From the human T2T-CHM13v2.0 reference genome, Homo sapiens: DNA of 64,000 nucleotides. The DNA is taken from the NCBI RefSeq assembly GCF_009914755.1, contig NC_060927.1; one strand, written 5' to 3'. The notes under the pieces were generated by a model, which saw only the letters and a program-made list of their open reading frames with translations, was not told the origin of the DNA and did not search any database. A program made the position numbers and the translations under genes. Positions 47,069 through 64,000 of this stretch are shown piece by piece (position 1 is the first letter of the stretch; every line of letters starts with the position of its first letter).

Positions 47069-48348
47069 TAGCCATACGGTTTACCATATTCCCATCTCTG
47101 GCACAAAAGACCTATGATTTAGTTGATATGCTGTATCATGACCATTTGGGATTTCTGAAACTCCAGTGTCCACAATATCAATGATACCTTCACTATGCTT
47201 CCAAAATTCTTTTAAATGTACCTTGCATAAAACTGTGTCTTTTTTTAAAAAGAGGTATTCAGTTATTTATTTCCCACTCTATTCCTTTAGTAATTTCTTT
47301 TTCCTTCTGCTTTTACTAAAAGGAATCAGAGCATATGAGGTAAATCCCACCTCTCAAATCCAAAATATCTGTCCCGAATTCCATTTCCTGAAAAGTCTCG
47401 CTGCTCCACTGTCTCATTGAAACTTTAGCTCAGAGGGAAGCAGAGCATATTTTCTCACAAAACAGGAACTTAATCATTGTGTTGCACATTCCAGAAACGG
47501 AGAAAATTCTATTTCATTCAAAAAATATTTATTGAGCATATATGTATAAGCGGTCTCCACTTTGCGGGAACTTAGCCTAGGTGGAGAGATGGTTGCGTTT
47601 CCATTTACTAACAGTTTATTGAAGCAAGTGCTTTAATAAACATTCAGTGGTGCATTTTTTTCACCAAAAAAAGATAACAAATGTGAAATGCCATTTTATA
47701 ACCTGACATTTTCCTTCTTAACGCTATAGAGCAAAGCATTTTTCAGTTTAATATTTATAAATCTATGACATCATTTTATAATAGTGAAAAAATGGAAACA
47801 ACCTAAATGTCTGTGGGTGGGAGAATCAGCTCAATTGTGATGCATCCTTACATCAAGTTTGAAATTAAACTATAAACTATACCTTACATTTATTTTTTGA
47901 ATGTTTAATATTTAAAATTTGTAAGAGTACCTTTGATAAATTTACATTTCTATGTTGGGAGGGCTCCTTTTTTTTTTTTTTTTTGGTGATTGCCATTATC
48001 TCTTTATATACATGAGACAAGAGATAGTTTTGTCATCATTGACGGAATCCTTACTTCAGGGAATTAAAGGTGTTTCCCATGGGGAAGCCCTGGCTTTGTA
48101 ACTTTTGTGCCAAAGTGATCTGACAAAGCCTGTATCAGTAAATGTGCTGCGTATATTCAAACTTAGATACACGTTAAAGTAAGTTATTGTTACCCCATGG
48201 CCAACAGGCTAAGATGTCAAGTAAAGAAAGAACATGAAAAGGGGAGGGGCGTGTTAATTCTTTGTGTTTTGGATGAAAGATAAGGTTAAGTTGAGTTTGA
48301 ATTATAAAAGTGCTTTGATTATCAATCAAACCAATATAAGTCTATCTA

Positions 48349-48538
48349 CAGTAGGGGTTCTCTGCCATGTCTGCCATGGCTACCTATTGGAATCACTTAG
48401 AGAGCTTTAAAAATACTGGTGCCTAAGTCCCACTCCGCAAAGATCAAGGTTTAATTGAGCTGAGATGCAGCCTAGGTGTCGGGAGGTTTTAACACTCTGG
48501 AAGTGATTCTAATGTGCAGCTGGGCTGGGAACCACTGC
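48349..48538. mobile_element. MER5-type hAT-Charlie MITE
   Basis: cagt...gttctc...attggaatcac...gtgattctaatgtgcagc...gggaaccactg. Confidence 0.75.
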
Positions 48539-49194
48539 CCTGCCGGGTGAGGTCATGGACCCAGGGGTATTTCGTATGCCAGCCACGCCACCAAGTGGAT
48601 GGAACAAGCAGACCAGCTAGACAAATTGCGGTTGGAACAGTTTTCTGAATCATTCTTGAAATTCTCCCCTCTTACAATAAAAAAAAGTTTTGTGTGTTTC
48701 TGAGGGGTTTTTTGGGGGGTTGGGGCACAAAATGGTATTTACCCCACTTTAGAGTTGCTTTTTAAAAACTTGGTAAACATTATAAATACGTTCCTTAAGA
48801 GAACATATCCATGAGGAATATTATTGTTTTTGATTTTTATTCCATTGAAGCCCTTTTGACCTATTTTTGAAAAACTCAAGAAGCAAGCAATAATGGATGG
48901 ATTTTTTTAAATGGTAGGTTTTGTGTTTGCAAAAATCTGATTTAGAGGCCTATTGTTTGGGTCTGCTAACAGAATTCTCTGAAAAACAATAACATCTAAA
49001 CAAATTACTTAATTTAACCACCTGCCTCATAAGTTCTGTGGTATTTCGAGAATACCTTATTCTGATAAAGGAAAAAATTATCAATTTTATACTATAACTT
49101 CTAAAATAAAAGCTCTTGTCAGAAAACAGTCATACTTACTTTTTAGTCAAGTTGGCCTAATTTTTTTACAGACCAACGCCTTTTATGTTTCTAA

Positions 49195-49455
<261 letters not shown>

Positions 49456-50147
49456 TGGAAATTTTTACTTAAAAATATTGGACATGGAAAATTAATTGTT
49501 TTAAATGGTGAAAGATATTAAAAAGGCATTCTCCCAAATACCTTTGACTTGTTTTCTTAAGAAGTTTAAAATCTCTCTGGAAAAACTAGAGAACACAAGA
49601 TATTAAGCTACTTCATTTCCTAGAAGAAATTCCATTTGTGTAAAAATGTTTCGTTCTTCAGAAAAAATGGTCCCATAACTTGGAACTTCCTAAGTGGTGA
49701 GCCATGATGACACAGAGTGCTGCAAATGAGCTGAAGCCGGCCTCATCAAAGATGTGGATCTCCTCAAGTGTTGGGGTGACCAGGTGGGGCCTGAGTGGTC
49801 AGAGCACTCCCACCAGGGTTGATCAGCTTCCTCTGTTTGCTCCATGTGTTGCCATAATGTGAAAAGAAGTGGGAAAGCTCTGCACTAACTAATGCTTTAC
49901 ATGGTATTTGGCTACTTCTTCAAGCAACGATCTCTTAACATCAAGGGCAAGACTTTCTTCCCTTGGTAGTCCACACCCTTGCTCAGATGCAGAAGTGGCT
50001 ATGTCTTAGAGAGTGCAAACATGTCAAGACAGCTTCTCCAGGGTTCCTGTTCAGCCTCTTAAGATTTTCAAGACCCATATCAAAAGCCTGTCAAGCAGGC
50101 TCAGCCATCACCTATAACTGAATAAAGGAAAGGGCTCTGGAAGGTGC

Positions 50148-50907
50148 TTCCCAATGGAAGATTCTTCACAATGCGACCTTCAAAAGTGGGTCTGCTAACA
50201 ATGAGTTAATGGGTGCAGCACACCAACATGGCACATGTATACATATGTAACAAACCTGCACGTTGTGCACAAGTACCCTAGAACTTAAAGTATAATAAAA
50301 AATAAAAAAAGTGGGTCTGGCCATAAAATCAATCCAACAATAGTGGGATGGAGAGGAAGGGAGGTTTTTCTGATGATATTTAATTACATACGTCATTGTT
50401 ATTGTGATACAGGGGGATTGAGCCTAGTGGTCTTAGTGGTCTAATTGAACCTAAAAGAAACAGTTCTCAGAAATGACTGCAATTAAGCTTAGTTTTTTCT
50501 AAAGTACTGGGGTGCGGGGAGGAGAGGGAGGAGGAGGAATAACCAGAGGAGGGGAAGAGAGAAATTAGGCAGAATAAGAAAAGGGAATTCCCGGGGACTC
50601 CTCTGAAGAGCCTTAAGTTTATAATCCATGGGGAACCCGATTCCTTCCACAGGCAAATTATGAACAAAGTGTTTATTGCAGTAAAGGGAAGTTAAACTCT
50701 TCAGATCAGAAGCTGAGCCCAACAAGCCAAAGTTGTGTACATGGATATATTATAACCAATGAGGCAGCACAGAGGAGGTTAGAGAAGACATGAAACGGTG
50801 CATAAAGACTCTTCTTGAAAGGCTAAGTACATCCCACTATTGTTGGGTTGATTTTATGGCCAGACCCAGTTTTGAAGTTAGCATTGTGAAGAATCATCCA
50901 TTGGGAA
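50148..50907. repeat. 78-bp inverted repeat pair (50148-50350 with an L1 insert; 50830-50907)
   Basis: After removing the L1 insert and one TSD, the left arm matches the reverse complement of the right arm at 73/78 positions. Confidence 0.92.
50195..50306 (+). mobile_element. Young 5'-truncated L1PA 3' end (~112 bp)
   Basis: aatgagttaatgggtgcagcacaccaacatggcacatgtatacatatgtaac... plus poly(A). Perfect 13-bp TSD aaaagtgggtctg at 50182-50194 and 50307-50319. Confidence 0.95.
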
Positions 50908-51028
50908 TTGGGATGCTCCCTCAAAGACTGAAAGGTGCTTAAGTGCTCACTCTGGAGTGGAACAGATGCTGCTTTTCCTTACCCTTTCTTTCATCCTGTA
51001 TACAGTGAACAGCATAGTTGATAAATGA

Positions 51029-52036
<1,008 letters not shown>

Positions 52037-53744
52037 TAGCAATTTGCTGTATAATAAAGCAGAGTTGGGCTGCAACTCCAGGCAAGAAAAATAGTGGTCA
52101 TTTGAAAAGGGCAATATTTAAATGAAGCCACTAAATGGAGCTTTGGATTCAAAGTACCTTTTTTAAATCTTGAGCAACTGATTTGAACAAAATTGATAGT
52201 AATTTGATTATCTATTTAAAGCCTTGAGTCAACTGTTCTTTAGTCCAGTGATTCAGAATAACTGAAGTATGGTCCCCAAAAGTTTTCAAATATCCCAGAA
52301 CAGATTTAGTAATGAGTGGGGTATTTTTCTAATGTCTAAATTATCAATATTGTTCCCTTGTGAGTAAGAAGTATTTTTTGAGTACCTATTACATTCCATA
52401 TACTAAGTGGCATAAAGCTAGTATTATTGTGTTTAGCCACCACTTTTGCCATTACATTACTGACAGCCTATACCAAGCCACCCAGCAGGTCAGCTAAGCA
52501 CAGCTTAGGACAAAAGCAAATCAAAGACACAGAAAACAAAAACTCTTTGTAAAAAGATTTGATATTGAGTGTTTCAAAAAGAAGCACTGAAGTCGTTATC
52601 ATAGAAAAAATCAGAACTTAAGAGGAGTTCCCACACTTGTTTAGCCTTGTTTTGTATTTTTGAATTACACACAGGAGAGACATCATAATCTTTTTCATTT
52701 CAAGAGCTTATATCCTAAATAGCTGTTCGGGTCTTGCATATGTGCCTTATTTTTTTCAATCAGACCATGTTTCACACTCCTTTTGTATTTTCCTTAGTTC
52801 CAAACTGACCTATCAGAGAGATTGCATGACAGTGGAGAGGGCGGGAATTCCTGAATTTGAATGGAATGTGCCAGCCTCCAGCTCCCCCATTTCCTAGCTG
52901 TGTGATCTTAGGCAAACCATGGCTGTAAGTCACAGTGTCTCCATCTGTGACACAGACTTAATGTCTAGCTTACTTTCCACTCAATGTTCTTTTGACTTAG
53001 GTTCATGACATTAAATGACATGATATATGTAAAAGCAATTTGTAAACTTTCAAGCTCTAAACAGATGTGTGATTATTATAGTAGGATTTCAGTACATCTC
53101 TAATTAATCCATGAATTAGGTAAAAATGATAACTAGAACACCTTTGTATACAGAACCCAACCACCACAAACCCTTTGGGAAGGATACCAAGAAGCAAAAA
53201 GCACACAACTTGTATCAGTCACTGTAGAGATTCTCATGAAAGACAAGGAGTGACTGTCTAAGTTGGTCAAATAGGCCAGAATCTTCAAGTTCTCAGCCCT
53301 TCTTATATGGGAACCTCTTACCCAACCATCACTGTTGGCTAAAGTTTCTAACTTCTGTGGGGTACTCAGAGCTTCTTTCTTCACACGGAACCCCTACCTT
53401 GCCAAGATAGAGGTGCTGTAATAAAGGTCAGGCACTCTAAAGTCTTCAGGAGTGATGATGCTAAGGTATGGGGTTTTAAGTAGGAGGAGTAAGGGAGCAA
53501 TCTTCTAGGTGGTTGTTACTATTGTCTTTTCTTTCTTACCTCTCACGTCCAATGCAAGGAGGACCTCAGTTCTTGAAAAAACTGCAAGACAAGAGTAGGG
53601 TTGAAGGAAAAACAGGCTTCAAGGGGGAAACTTGGCAGTTCTACTCTTCAATGGCTCCTCTTCCAGATAAGGAAATAAAATACAGATGGTCAAGACCAGA
53701 CCTTGGACCTGTGAGAAAAAAAAAAAAAAAGCCATGACAGGCTA

Positions 53745-54165
53745 CAGTCACAACTGGGACTTTTAGTTGTGTAATAGAAAGCCCTAACCAAATTGGCATA
53801 AACAAAAAAAGAGGAAATGTAGTGAGTGGGTCATGTCACTAAAAATCTCAGAAGTGTTCCAGGTACAGCTAGGTATTTTCATCTCATCTTTCTGTTCTTC
53901 ATTCCCCAGGGTTAGCAATTTTCAGCTTCTGTAGCAGCTTGAAGCTAGGATCTCCTTACTTCCCAAGATATCCTGTAAAAGTTCCAGAAACCACATTTAT
54001 TGACCATTCCTAAGTCATGGATCCATCCCTGATGCTAGCAGTCCTCCAGACTACATAGACTTAGAGTAAGGGGGGAGTGAATCCCCAGTGGGAAGTCAGG
54101 ATGCCATTACCAAAAGGAGGAAGAAATAGAAGCAAAGCAGCCAACATTCAAAATGTCCACTACAC
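53745..54165. mobile_element. MaLR (MLT1-type) LTR fragment
   Basis: gttgtgtaatagaaagccctaaccaaattggcataaacaaaaaaag...ggatgccattaccaaaaggagg motifs. Confidence 0.55.
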
Positions 54166-54401
54166 AGACACTTCACCCAACCATGGCCCAGGTAAAGATA
54201 TGTTCTCCTGACTCTTACATGGTCTGGAAAAATCTCCCCAGGAGACAGCACAGATAGGAAAATGGGATCAGAACTCTAGGGAGGAATGACATGGGAAATT
54301 GGCCAAAATGTCCTGAGTGCTTGGTGTGAGTCTCCTTTGAGCCTCAGGAACCCAGGCTGTTGGATGGGCGTTCCAGAATTTGAGGTCTTGGCCAGGAGAT
54401 G

Positions 54402-54496
54402 AACTAGCAATTATTCATTCTCATTATTAAGACCTATATCTTCATCAGGAAATCAACTAGCAATTATTCATTCATTCTCAATATTAAGATCTATAT
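54402..54496 (+). repeat. Near-tandem ~40-bp duplication
   Basis: aactagcaattattcattctcattattaagacctatat (54402-54439) versus aactagcaattattcattcattctcaatattaagatctatat (54455-54496). Confidence 0.9.
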
Positions 54497-56027
54497 GGAA
54501 ACTTATCACCTATAATCTAATCCAAGTCTCCAGCTGGAACTCCATGTCTGCCTTCTCTCAGTTCTTCCCCTATAAGCCAACCTGCATGACACCTCCTCAC
54601 AAATCACTCATTAGTTTTTGGCACAGCATCTTTGCATAGGCCATAGCCCACACCAGAAGGGCCATCAATTTTTATCTCTGCTGTCATTTTCCACCAGGAA
54701 CATTTAAATTGTTTTCAAAATCCACTTTCCCCTGGAAGTCTTTTCAAATCGTATTCCCACAACACATTTTCTGATCATTCTCACTTCCTCATTTTTGATG
54801 TTTATATACCCAGCTTAAGCTTCCACAGCTCTTTAATTGACTGAAATAGACACTTATTAGTTAAAATTCTGGTTATAAGGGTCAATCACAATTTTTTTCC
54901 TTTCTTTCTCCCCAAAAAAATATTTATCAGTCAACTCATATGCCTCAAAAGTAGCACTAGCAGGTGATTTATGAGCATACAACTCACAATTGCCTCCTGA
55001 CCTCTTCTTGGAGACCCCCAAGCCCTCCTCACATCCCTTCCCAGCTCTCTCTTCACTACTCCTTTGCTGTACTCTAAGCTTCATAAGATCCAGAACCATG
55101 CCTGTATTGTTCAGTACTATGTTCAGAATGCCTGTCGCTGGAATATTCATTGAATGAATGAATGAGTGAATAGCAGTCTAGTTGATTTGACCTGTCAACA
55201 CTACCTATAGGCCTTTGCAGGGAACCGTTTGAGCCAACAACCCATTCTTGAATCAATCACTGTGGCCAAGGTATTCTAGGCTCTGTTTGGACAAGCTTTG
55301 GTCACGTGCCCACTATCAAGTTTGAGTGGAACATCATGTAAGTATGAAATCACCTTCTTTCTTCTCTCAGGATGATCATGCACAAGGTGTGCTTCCTACT
55401 CTCCTGCACCTCACACCAACACTCACTAGTCAGAAAACAGGCGTGCAGCCATGGTGAAGATGGAAGTCAGATGGAGCTGATCTTTCTAGGAATTCCTGGT
55501 ACTGCTGGAAGTTGGGGAATGGGGGATAAATTGTGAGGACAGCCAGAGAAGATGGAAGGGAGATAAGAAAACATGGCTGGCGTTAGAGAAGGGAATTGGG
55601 CCTGGATCTTCCCCATGCTCTTACCACAGGAACTGGGCAAGATAATGAACTTCATTATCTTGTTCATTATCTGTGTGACCTGGCCCTCATTATCTGTATA
55701 AGAGCTGGAAGTCCTAGACCAGAGTGGGGGGGTTTCTAGTCTCTAATGTTCAGTTTAATTCAATTGACGCTACTAAGAATGTGTGCCAAGAGGTGATTTC
55801 CATTTATGCTTATAATGAGCAACCGTTTGACTTTAAAATCTTTTAGGGGAAATACCCTAAAAGACCACAAGATGGGAATATTATGGCATAAAAGAGTATG
55901 TTAGCTTCTAAGTGCATGCATGTCCTGTATTTGCCCCTCTTTTAGATCTATGTGTCTTTCTTGGTGGTGTTTTCTTTGTGAGCCTGTAAGTCTCTTTGTG
56001 TCTGTATGTTATGTTCTATGTTCAGAT

Positions 56028-56142
56028 CTTTTTGTTTGTTTGTGTTTTGTTTTTTTGAGGCAGAGTCTTGCTCTGTCACCCAGGCTGGAATGCAGCGGCC
56101 CGATCTTGGCTCACTGCAAACTCCGCCTCCCAGGTTCAAGCA
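56028..56142 (-). mobile_element. Truncated Alu (3' part only)
   Basis: T-rich tail followed by gaggcagagtcttgctctgtcacccaggctgg...ggttcaagc. Confidence 0.9.
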
Positions 56143-56331
56143 GTACTCCTATGTTTGGATCTTTCTACTAGCTTTTTTTGTTTCTCTTCCCCTTCGTTTA
56201 TTCTTTTTCCTCATATTACTCCCCAAATAAAATAAATAATTTGGAAGCATATAATATTGGATAATAATCTCAAGTAAAATTTTATATTTCATTTTAAAAG
56301 GAACTGTCAGTTCCTTTTTAAAAGCAAAAGA

Positions 56332-56666
<335 letters not shown>

Positions 56667-57139
56667 TTATCTTCTAACTTATGTTGCTTTTTTTGTGGAT
56701 CAATCATTATCAATTTAAAGATTCCCTGTCATTGCTCTTAGGAGTGAAATGGTTTTCATCTCCATCTTCCCTGTTATGTGAATTAAAGGCAAGATATTAT
56801 GCAGAAAATAAAACGCCCAAATGCAAAACTTGCAAGTCAGCCTGCCAAAAGAAATATTAAAGATGTTTAAAGAGGTGACTTAGAGATATGACTTGGTAAG
56901 CATAATAATTTATTGATTATAAGTGGATAACGTACAAATTTTGAGTAGAAAATATTCCACACTCATGTGATTTTATTTATATACCTGCTGTGAGGACATA
57001 GTACAATACAATTCAGGTTAGGATTTGAAGTAAGGAAAAAAAAATATCATTTGAGACGAGTCTTGAAGGGTAGATAGAATTTGTGGATACGGAGAAGGAT
57101 CTACTCCTTGGAGGAAAGGTCACAAAATGTCCTGCTAAG

Positions 57140-57400
57140 CAAAAGAATACTGACTAAAAAAAAATAGTACATAGTGTATGATTTCATTTATGCGATACTC
57201 TGTCTCTACTGACAGAAAGAAAGCAGATCAGTGGTGGCCTAAGGCTGCAAGTGGGTAGAGGTTGACTTTCAGGGACACCACAGAACCTTTTGGGAAGGTG
57301 GCAGTGGTAGTTACCAAGCATATACATTTGCCCAAATTCAGAACTATACACTTAAAATGAGTGTATATAAATTATACCTCAAAAAAGTTGATAAAAAAAA
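57140..57400 (+). mobile_element. Ancient L1ME 3' fragment
   Basis: gtacatagtgtatgatttcattta...gatcagtggtggcc...tataaattatacctcaaaaaagttg. Confidence 0.65.
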
Positions 57401-58847
57401 TAACGGAAAGTCCCCAGGTGGGGAAGTCCTGGCTACTCATGGAGATCAGGATGTCATTCAGGTTAGACCATTTTCCCACTTATGGCCCCTCATGTTGCCA
57501 CAAGCATTACACATCTCTACCATTTCATTTTTAAAATATGTCCATTTTCTCAACCTACATTTTATACCAGTTAACCTGTTGTAACTAGAGATAGGCAACT
57601 TAATAGATGTCTAATTTCACTCCTGCATGTGAGTAGGTAGTATAGTGTAATGGTTAACAGTTTGGAATCTCAAGCCAGACTGAGTTGGTTTAAATTTTAA
57701 TTGCCACCTAATTGCCTTATGACCTTGGGCAGTCACTTAGTGTCCTTGTGCCTCACTTTTCTCTCTCACCTGAGAAATAGAGATCATGAAACTTGTTAAG
57801 TTTATTATGAGGATACCATTACTTAATATGCACAGAGTGCTTAGGATAGTGCCTATATACTATGTGCAGTAAATATTAGTCTTGAGTATTATTCTTTTGT
57901 AGGTGAGGAGGGTAAGACCCAGAGAAGTCAGAATGATTTTCCTAAAGTAATATATCTAGCTAGTAAAAAAGCTACATCTGCTCCAGGTGATCTGTTCCCC
58001 AAAGAGGCCAAAGGAGTTGCTAAAAGAATGACTTTTGCCCTCTGGGCACCACATGCCTTCTAGCTCCTGAGAGGCTGCCAGATCAGCCACTGGTTTCCAA
58101 GTGAAGACACTGGTCCACTGCCTTGAACCCTGGGTGTTCAACAATTGTCCTGACACCTCGGTCCTTACACAAAGAGAAAGTATAGTGTGCAAATAATTGA
58201 GAGTGCACACAGCCAACCAGGTTGGAGTCTATTAGACATCTCTGTCCATCTTGAATATTACTGTATTTCTTCTTTCTAAAACAGTGCCTGCTTGGCCAGT
58301 AGTGGTCCCTCAATAAATACTTGTTGAATAAACAAATGAATAAAGAAACAAAATGGGACAAAAATAACTCCTGAGAGGACAGTGGAGGACAGTAACACAG
58401 TACCTAGATACAGGCACAGATAAGGGAGGTCAGTGATCTCAGAGAAGTGGTCAGAAAACTCTCACACAAGAAACCACAGTAATGCTGACTTCATAAACTG
58501 GGGCTGGAACTTAGCTCTGCATTGTTAACAAAGTAAATTACATGAAGGAAAGCATGTTTTGGTAAGGATTTTAAGAGTATAAACAGGGTTATTGAGGCAT
58601 AAAGATCCAGAAACCATTAAATTTTAAATTATTCTTGTATTTTTAACTGATGTAGGCCTCCTAAGAATCTTTATCAGGAACAATTTATTAGCCTAATTTG
58701 TACTAATAAATATGCCTAAAAGAAGAAAAGAAGCAACTTTAAAAAAATTATTTTGGCCTTTTTATTTGTTTGCTTGTTTTTGTTTATTTCAGTTTAGAAT
58801 TTAGATCATATTTTCAATCTTACTCGGCCTGATTCAGCCCAATTGAA

Positions 58848-60690
<1,843 letters not shown>

Positions 60691-61189
60691 TACGGATGCC
60701 CTATTGACCTTATTTTTCTCATTTATCCTCAGACTGATAAAAACCTCATCATGGGCATGACTTGTCCACATAGTCATGCTGGACACCTACAGGTTTAATA
60801 TCTATTCTATTAATTATGCACTCAAAAGACAAGGTTTGAGTATCCACTAAAATCTAGGCCCTCTACAAACCACTGGAGATACAGAAGGAAATAAGGCAGT
60901 TCCTGCTTTAGAGAAGTTTGGTCTAATGAAGTGTGGGTACAACATTCCTAGCCACAAAGATTCCAGAGTGCTTCCTTCTCCAGATAAGATGTTTACATTG
61001 CCATCTCTTCCCTCCTGCCTACTCTTTATCTCCCTGCCACATCCGAAGTTGGACTTGCCATGTCTCATTACTCAACTCGCTACACCAAGTATCCTAGAGG
61101 CTACCTTGTTATCAAGGATCCTGCCAACTACAAATGTCGGTTTCACTAATTAATTCATATTTGGATTTTTAAAGTCCTTTTCCATGCCT

Positions 61190-61699
61190 TCTTTTTTGCA
61201 ACAGCTTTATAAGATGTAATTCACATGCCATACAATTCAGTCATTTAAAGTATACAATTAAGTGGCTTTTAATACATTCACAGTTATGCAACCATAACCA
61301 CAGTCAATTTTAGAACATTTTCACCACATCAAAAAGCAACCTCATATCCTCTAACTGTCACTCCCTAGGCCCCCAAAGCCCCAGTCTTAGACAAACACTG
61401 ATCTACTTTCTGCTTCTATACATTTGGACTTTCCTGGATATTTCATATAAATAAAATCATAAAACATATGATCTTTTGTGACTGGCTGCTTCTTCCATAT
61501 TGTAACATGTATCAGTACTTCATTCCTTTTTACAGCCAAATAGTATCCCATTGTGTGGATATACCACATTTTATTTATCTGTTTACCCAATTGATGAACA
61601 TTTGGATTGTTCCCACCTTTGGTTGTTATGAGTAATGTTGCTATGAACATTTATGTACAAATGTTTGTGTGGACATATATTTTCATTTCTCCTAGGAAT

Positions 61700-61738
<39 letters not shown>

Positions 61739-61860
61739 TAGGATTGTTGGGTCAAATGATGACTCTATGTTTAACTTTTTAAGGAACTGCCAGACGTTTT
61801 TTCCAATGTGGCTGCACCAGTTTACATCCCCACCAGCAGTCTATGGAGGACCCCAAGTTC
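61190..61860 (-). mobile_element. L1MB/MC-type 3' fragment
   Basis: Minus-strand peptide KMWYIHTMGYYLAVKRNE and L1M 3'UTR motifs. Confidence 0.85.
61702..61735 (+). repeat. (AC)17 microsatellite
   Basis: Perfect dinucleotide run. Confidence 0.98.
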
Positions 61861-64000
61861 TCTACGTTTCAATCAGCCCTGTTTCTTATCTAATCCAATA
61901 CTTTTTAATGTGAAATCTAGCCTCTTTTTTGCCTTGGCTCCTCTTTACTTATCTTCTGTATTTCCCCTTGTTCTCTAGTACATACATGATTCTTGAGAAA
62001 TTGATCTCTTTACTGGCCCCATAACACATCATGTTTATTCCTAATGTGATATCTTTGCCCATGCTGTTCCACTGTTTTTAACACCTTCCCTCCCTCTGTC
62101 CTTTGCCAGCCAAAATATGCCTGAAACCTGCATTGATCATTTCAGCCCTTTTAAATTTCTATCTCCTCTAAGTTTCTCTGTACTTAGAGATGATACCCCA
62201 TCAGTTAGCAGTTAACTATATTTTATCTTGCACTGTTTACTGCTTCATTGAATATTTATGTCGTGCATTTTATCCCCTAATCCATATGAAAACTCCATGA
62301 GGATGGGATGACCATATCTTGTAGTTCTGCAGCCCAGTTCAGAACACACAGTGGATACTCTGTAAATATTTCCTGGTTGATTGATTCCAATATTATAAAA
62401 TTCCAGTCTTGTATTTATCATGAGTTTTTTAATGACTACTTAGAAACTTTAAGAAAATGATTTTTGATTGTTTCTCCTTTGAAGTTAGGATTATGGTGGA
62501 AATCTCCAGCCCATGCCAACAATAATGCAGAAGACTTGTAGCCAGGGATGAGCTTTAAGTCACTTGTCTGACCAGTGTGAAAGATGACCAGCTAATTATG
62601 AAAGGATCTTGTGCAGTTCCCCTCCCCACTTCTACCCTGATGCTGGGAGAGTTCCACTGCAGAGAACTAGTGGACAAAGGAGAAAAGCAGCTTGTTGCCT
62701 GGCATGTTAAGAACCAAGGAACTGAAACCTAAATAGGAAGAAGAAATGTATGCTAACTACTAGAGCTTTACCACGATATATGCATTTCAATAAGGATGTA
62801 TTACTGACCTCTAACAAACATTTGCCATGGACACTGTAAGCAATTTATATTAGAGGTGTAGGATGATGTTGTAGAAAAGCCTTGTTTAACCCGTAGCTCC
62901 AGCACTTAGTGGCTATATGACTTTTGCAAGTTTCTTGACCTTTCTATGCCTCCGTTTCATCATCTAGAAAATGAAGATACTAATAGTTCTAATCCATAGA
63001 GGTGTTGTGAGGATTAAATGATATAGTATGTATTAAGTATTAGAACAGGGACTGGCACATAGGAAGTACAAATAAGAGGTAGTTTCCTACCTCTTCACTT
63101 TTCTCATCTCCTTTTCCACACACACAGACCTGGCATGGCATGTGGACAGGATAGTGGAAACTCTATGATTAGGATGAAACATTTGCACTGACAAGTCATG
63201 GTAGGTACATGGGACCAAAGTATGGAGGGCTTTGGAAGCTACCTGAATAAGTTTGAAGCACATTTCATCTGAGTCATGGTAGGTCCCCAGCAGGAAGTGG
63301 GAGGGGCACGATTACAGCATGGAGAAGGATGATGGCCATGTCAGAAAGGCCCCCAAACTGCTAAGAGCAAGGTTTCGAGCAATGTGGGAGTGAGGGCAGT
63401 ATTAAAGAGCAGAAGAACTGCATGTTCCTCTGAGGGCAAGAAGGATGTGTCAGGAAAAGGATGTGTTGGGGTAGAGACAAAAGGATGTACACCACTCTGG
63501 GTAGGAGGAAGTCAGGTCACCCCAACAGCGAGGAGGGATAGGAAGCGGAGGTGGAGGTAAAAGAAAGGAACACATCTAGAACACCTCCTCTGCACTGACG
63601 GCCTTAAGGCCTCAGTAAAAATGAAGGCAAACATAAGGTTGTCAACCATCAGAGAAGGTGGGAAGGCTCAGGAGAAGACGAGGGACACAAATCCTTAGTA
63701 GGAGCCATTCTCCATCTTTTTTGAGGATGGCTCAGCAGCTCTGGTTGCAGAACCAGGTAGCAGGGAGTGAGGGATCCCTCTCCTTCATAGACCTGAGTTG
63801 AAAGTCAGGGCAGTCAGGGCCTGCCAATGGAGCAGCGTTCACAGACTGCAGGTTAAGGGAGGCACCCAGGGTGCTATGCCTGTGAGCACACATAGTCTGT
63901 CATGGACTCTGCCCCCAAGCATGTCTTGGAGCTACTTATGGATAAATCCAAGTGACTCCTCTCCTGTATTTAATATTCCTTACTATAAATAAATGTTTGT

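Overview
Primate, almost certainly human, genomic DNA from the calcium-sensing receptor gene CASR (class C GPCR), transcribed on the + strand. The window holds the distal ~43.5 kb of intron 1, exon 2 (43553-43979; 242-nt 5'UTR, ATG at 43795), exon 3 (46690-46996), exon 4 (51134-52018) and ~12 kb of intron 4. Together these exons encode residues 1-459 of the extracellular Venus-flytrap domain. The rest is mostly transposon-derived: three long sense-strand L1 relics, an antisense solo LTR12C with a 4-bp TSD nested in an L1, about 15 Alus, L2s, and MER2/MER5/MER58/MER63 DNA transposons. I see no new protein-coding system. The most interesting unexplained structure has three parts. (i) Several dispersed 'doublet' duplications of local DNA, one inverted and later hit by an L1, plus small fold-back insertions. 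(ii) Possible RNA-processing signals around exon 4: a junction that regenerates a 5' splice site, a YCAY cluster, and an in-frame stop plus AATAAA just inside intron 4. (iii) uORFs in exon 2 and a CpG-dense non-repeat element in intron 1. Repeat subfamily calls are from recalled consensus sequences, not from a search.
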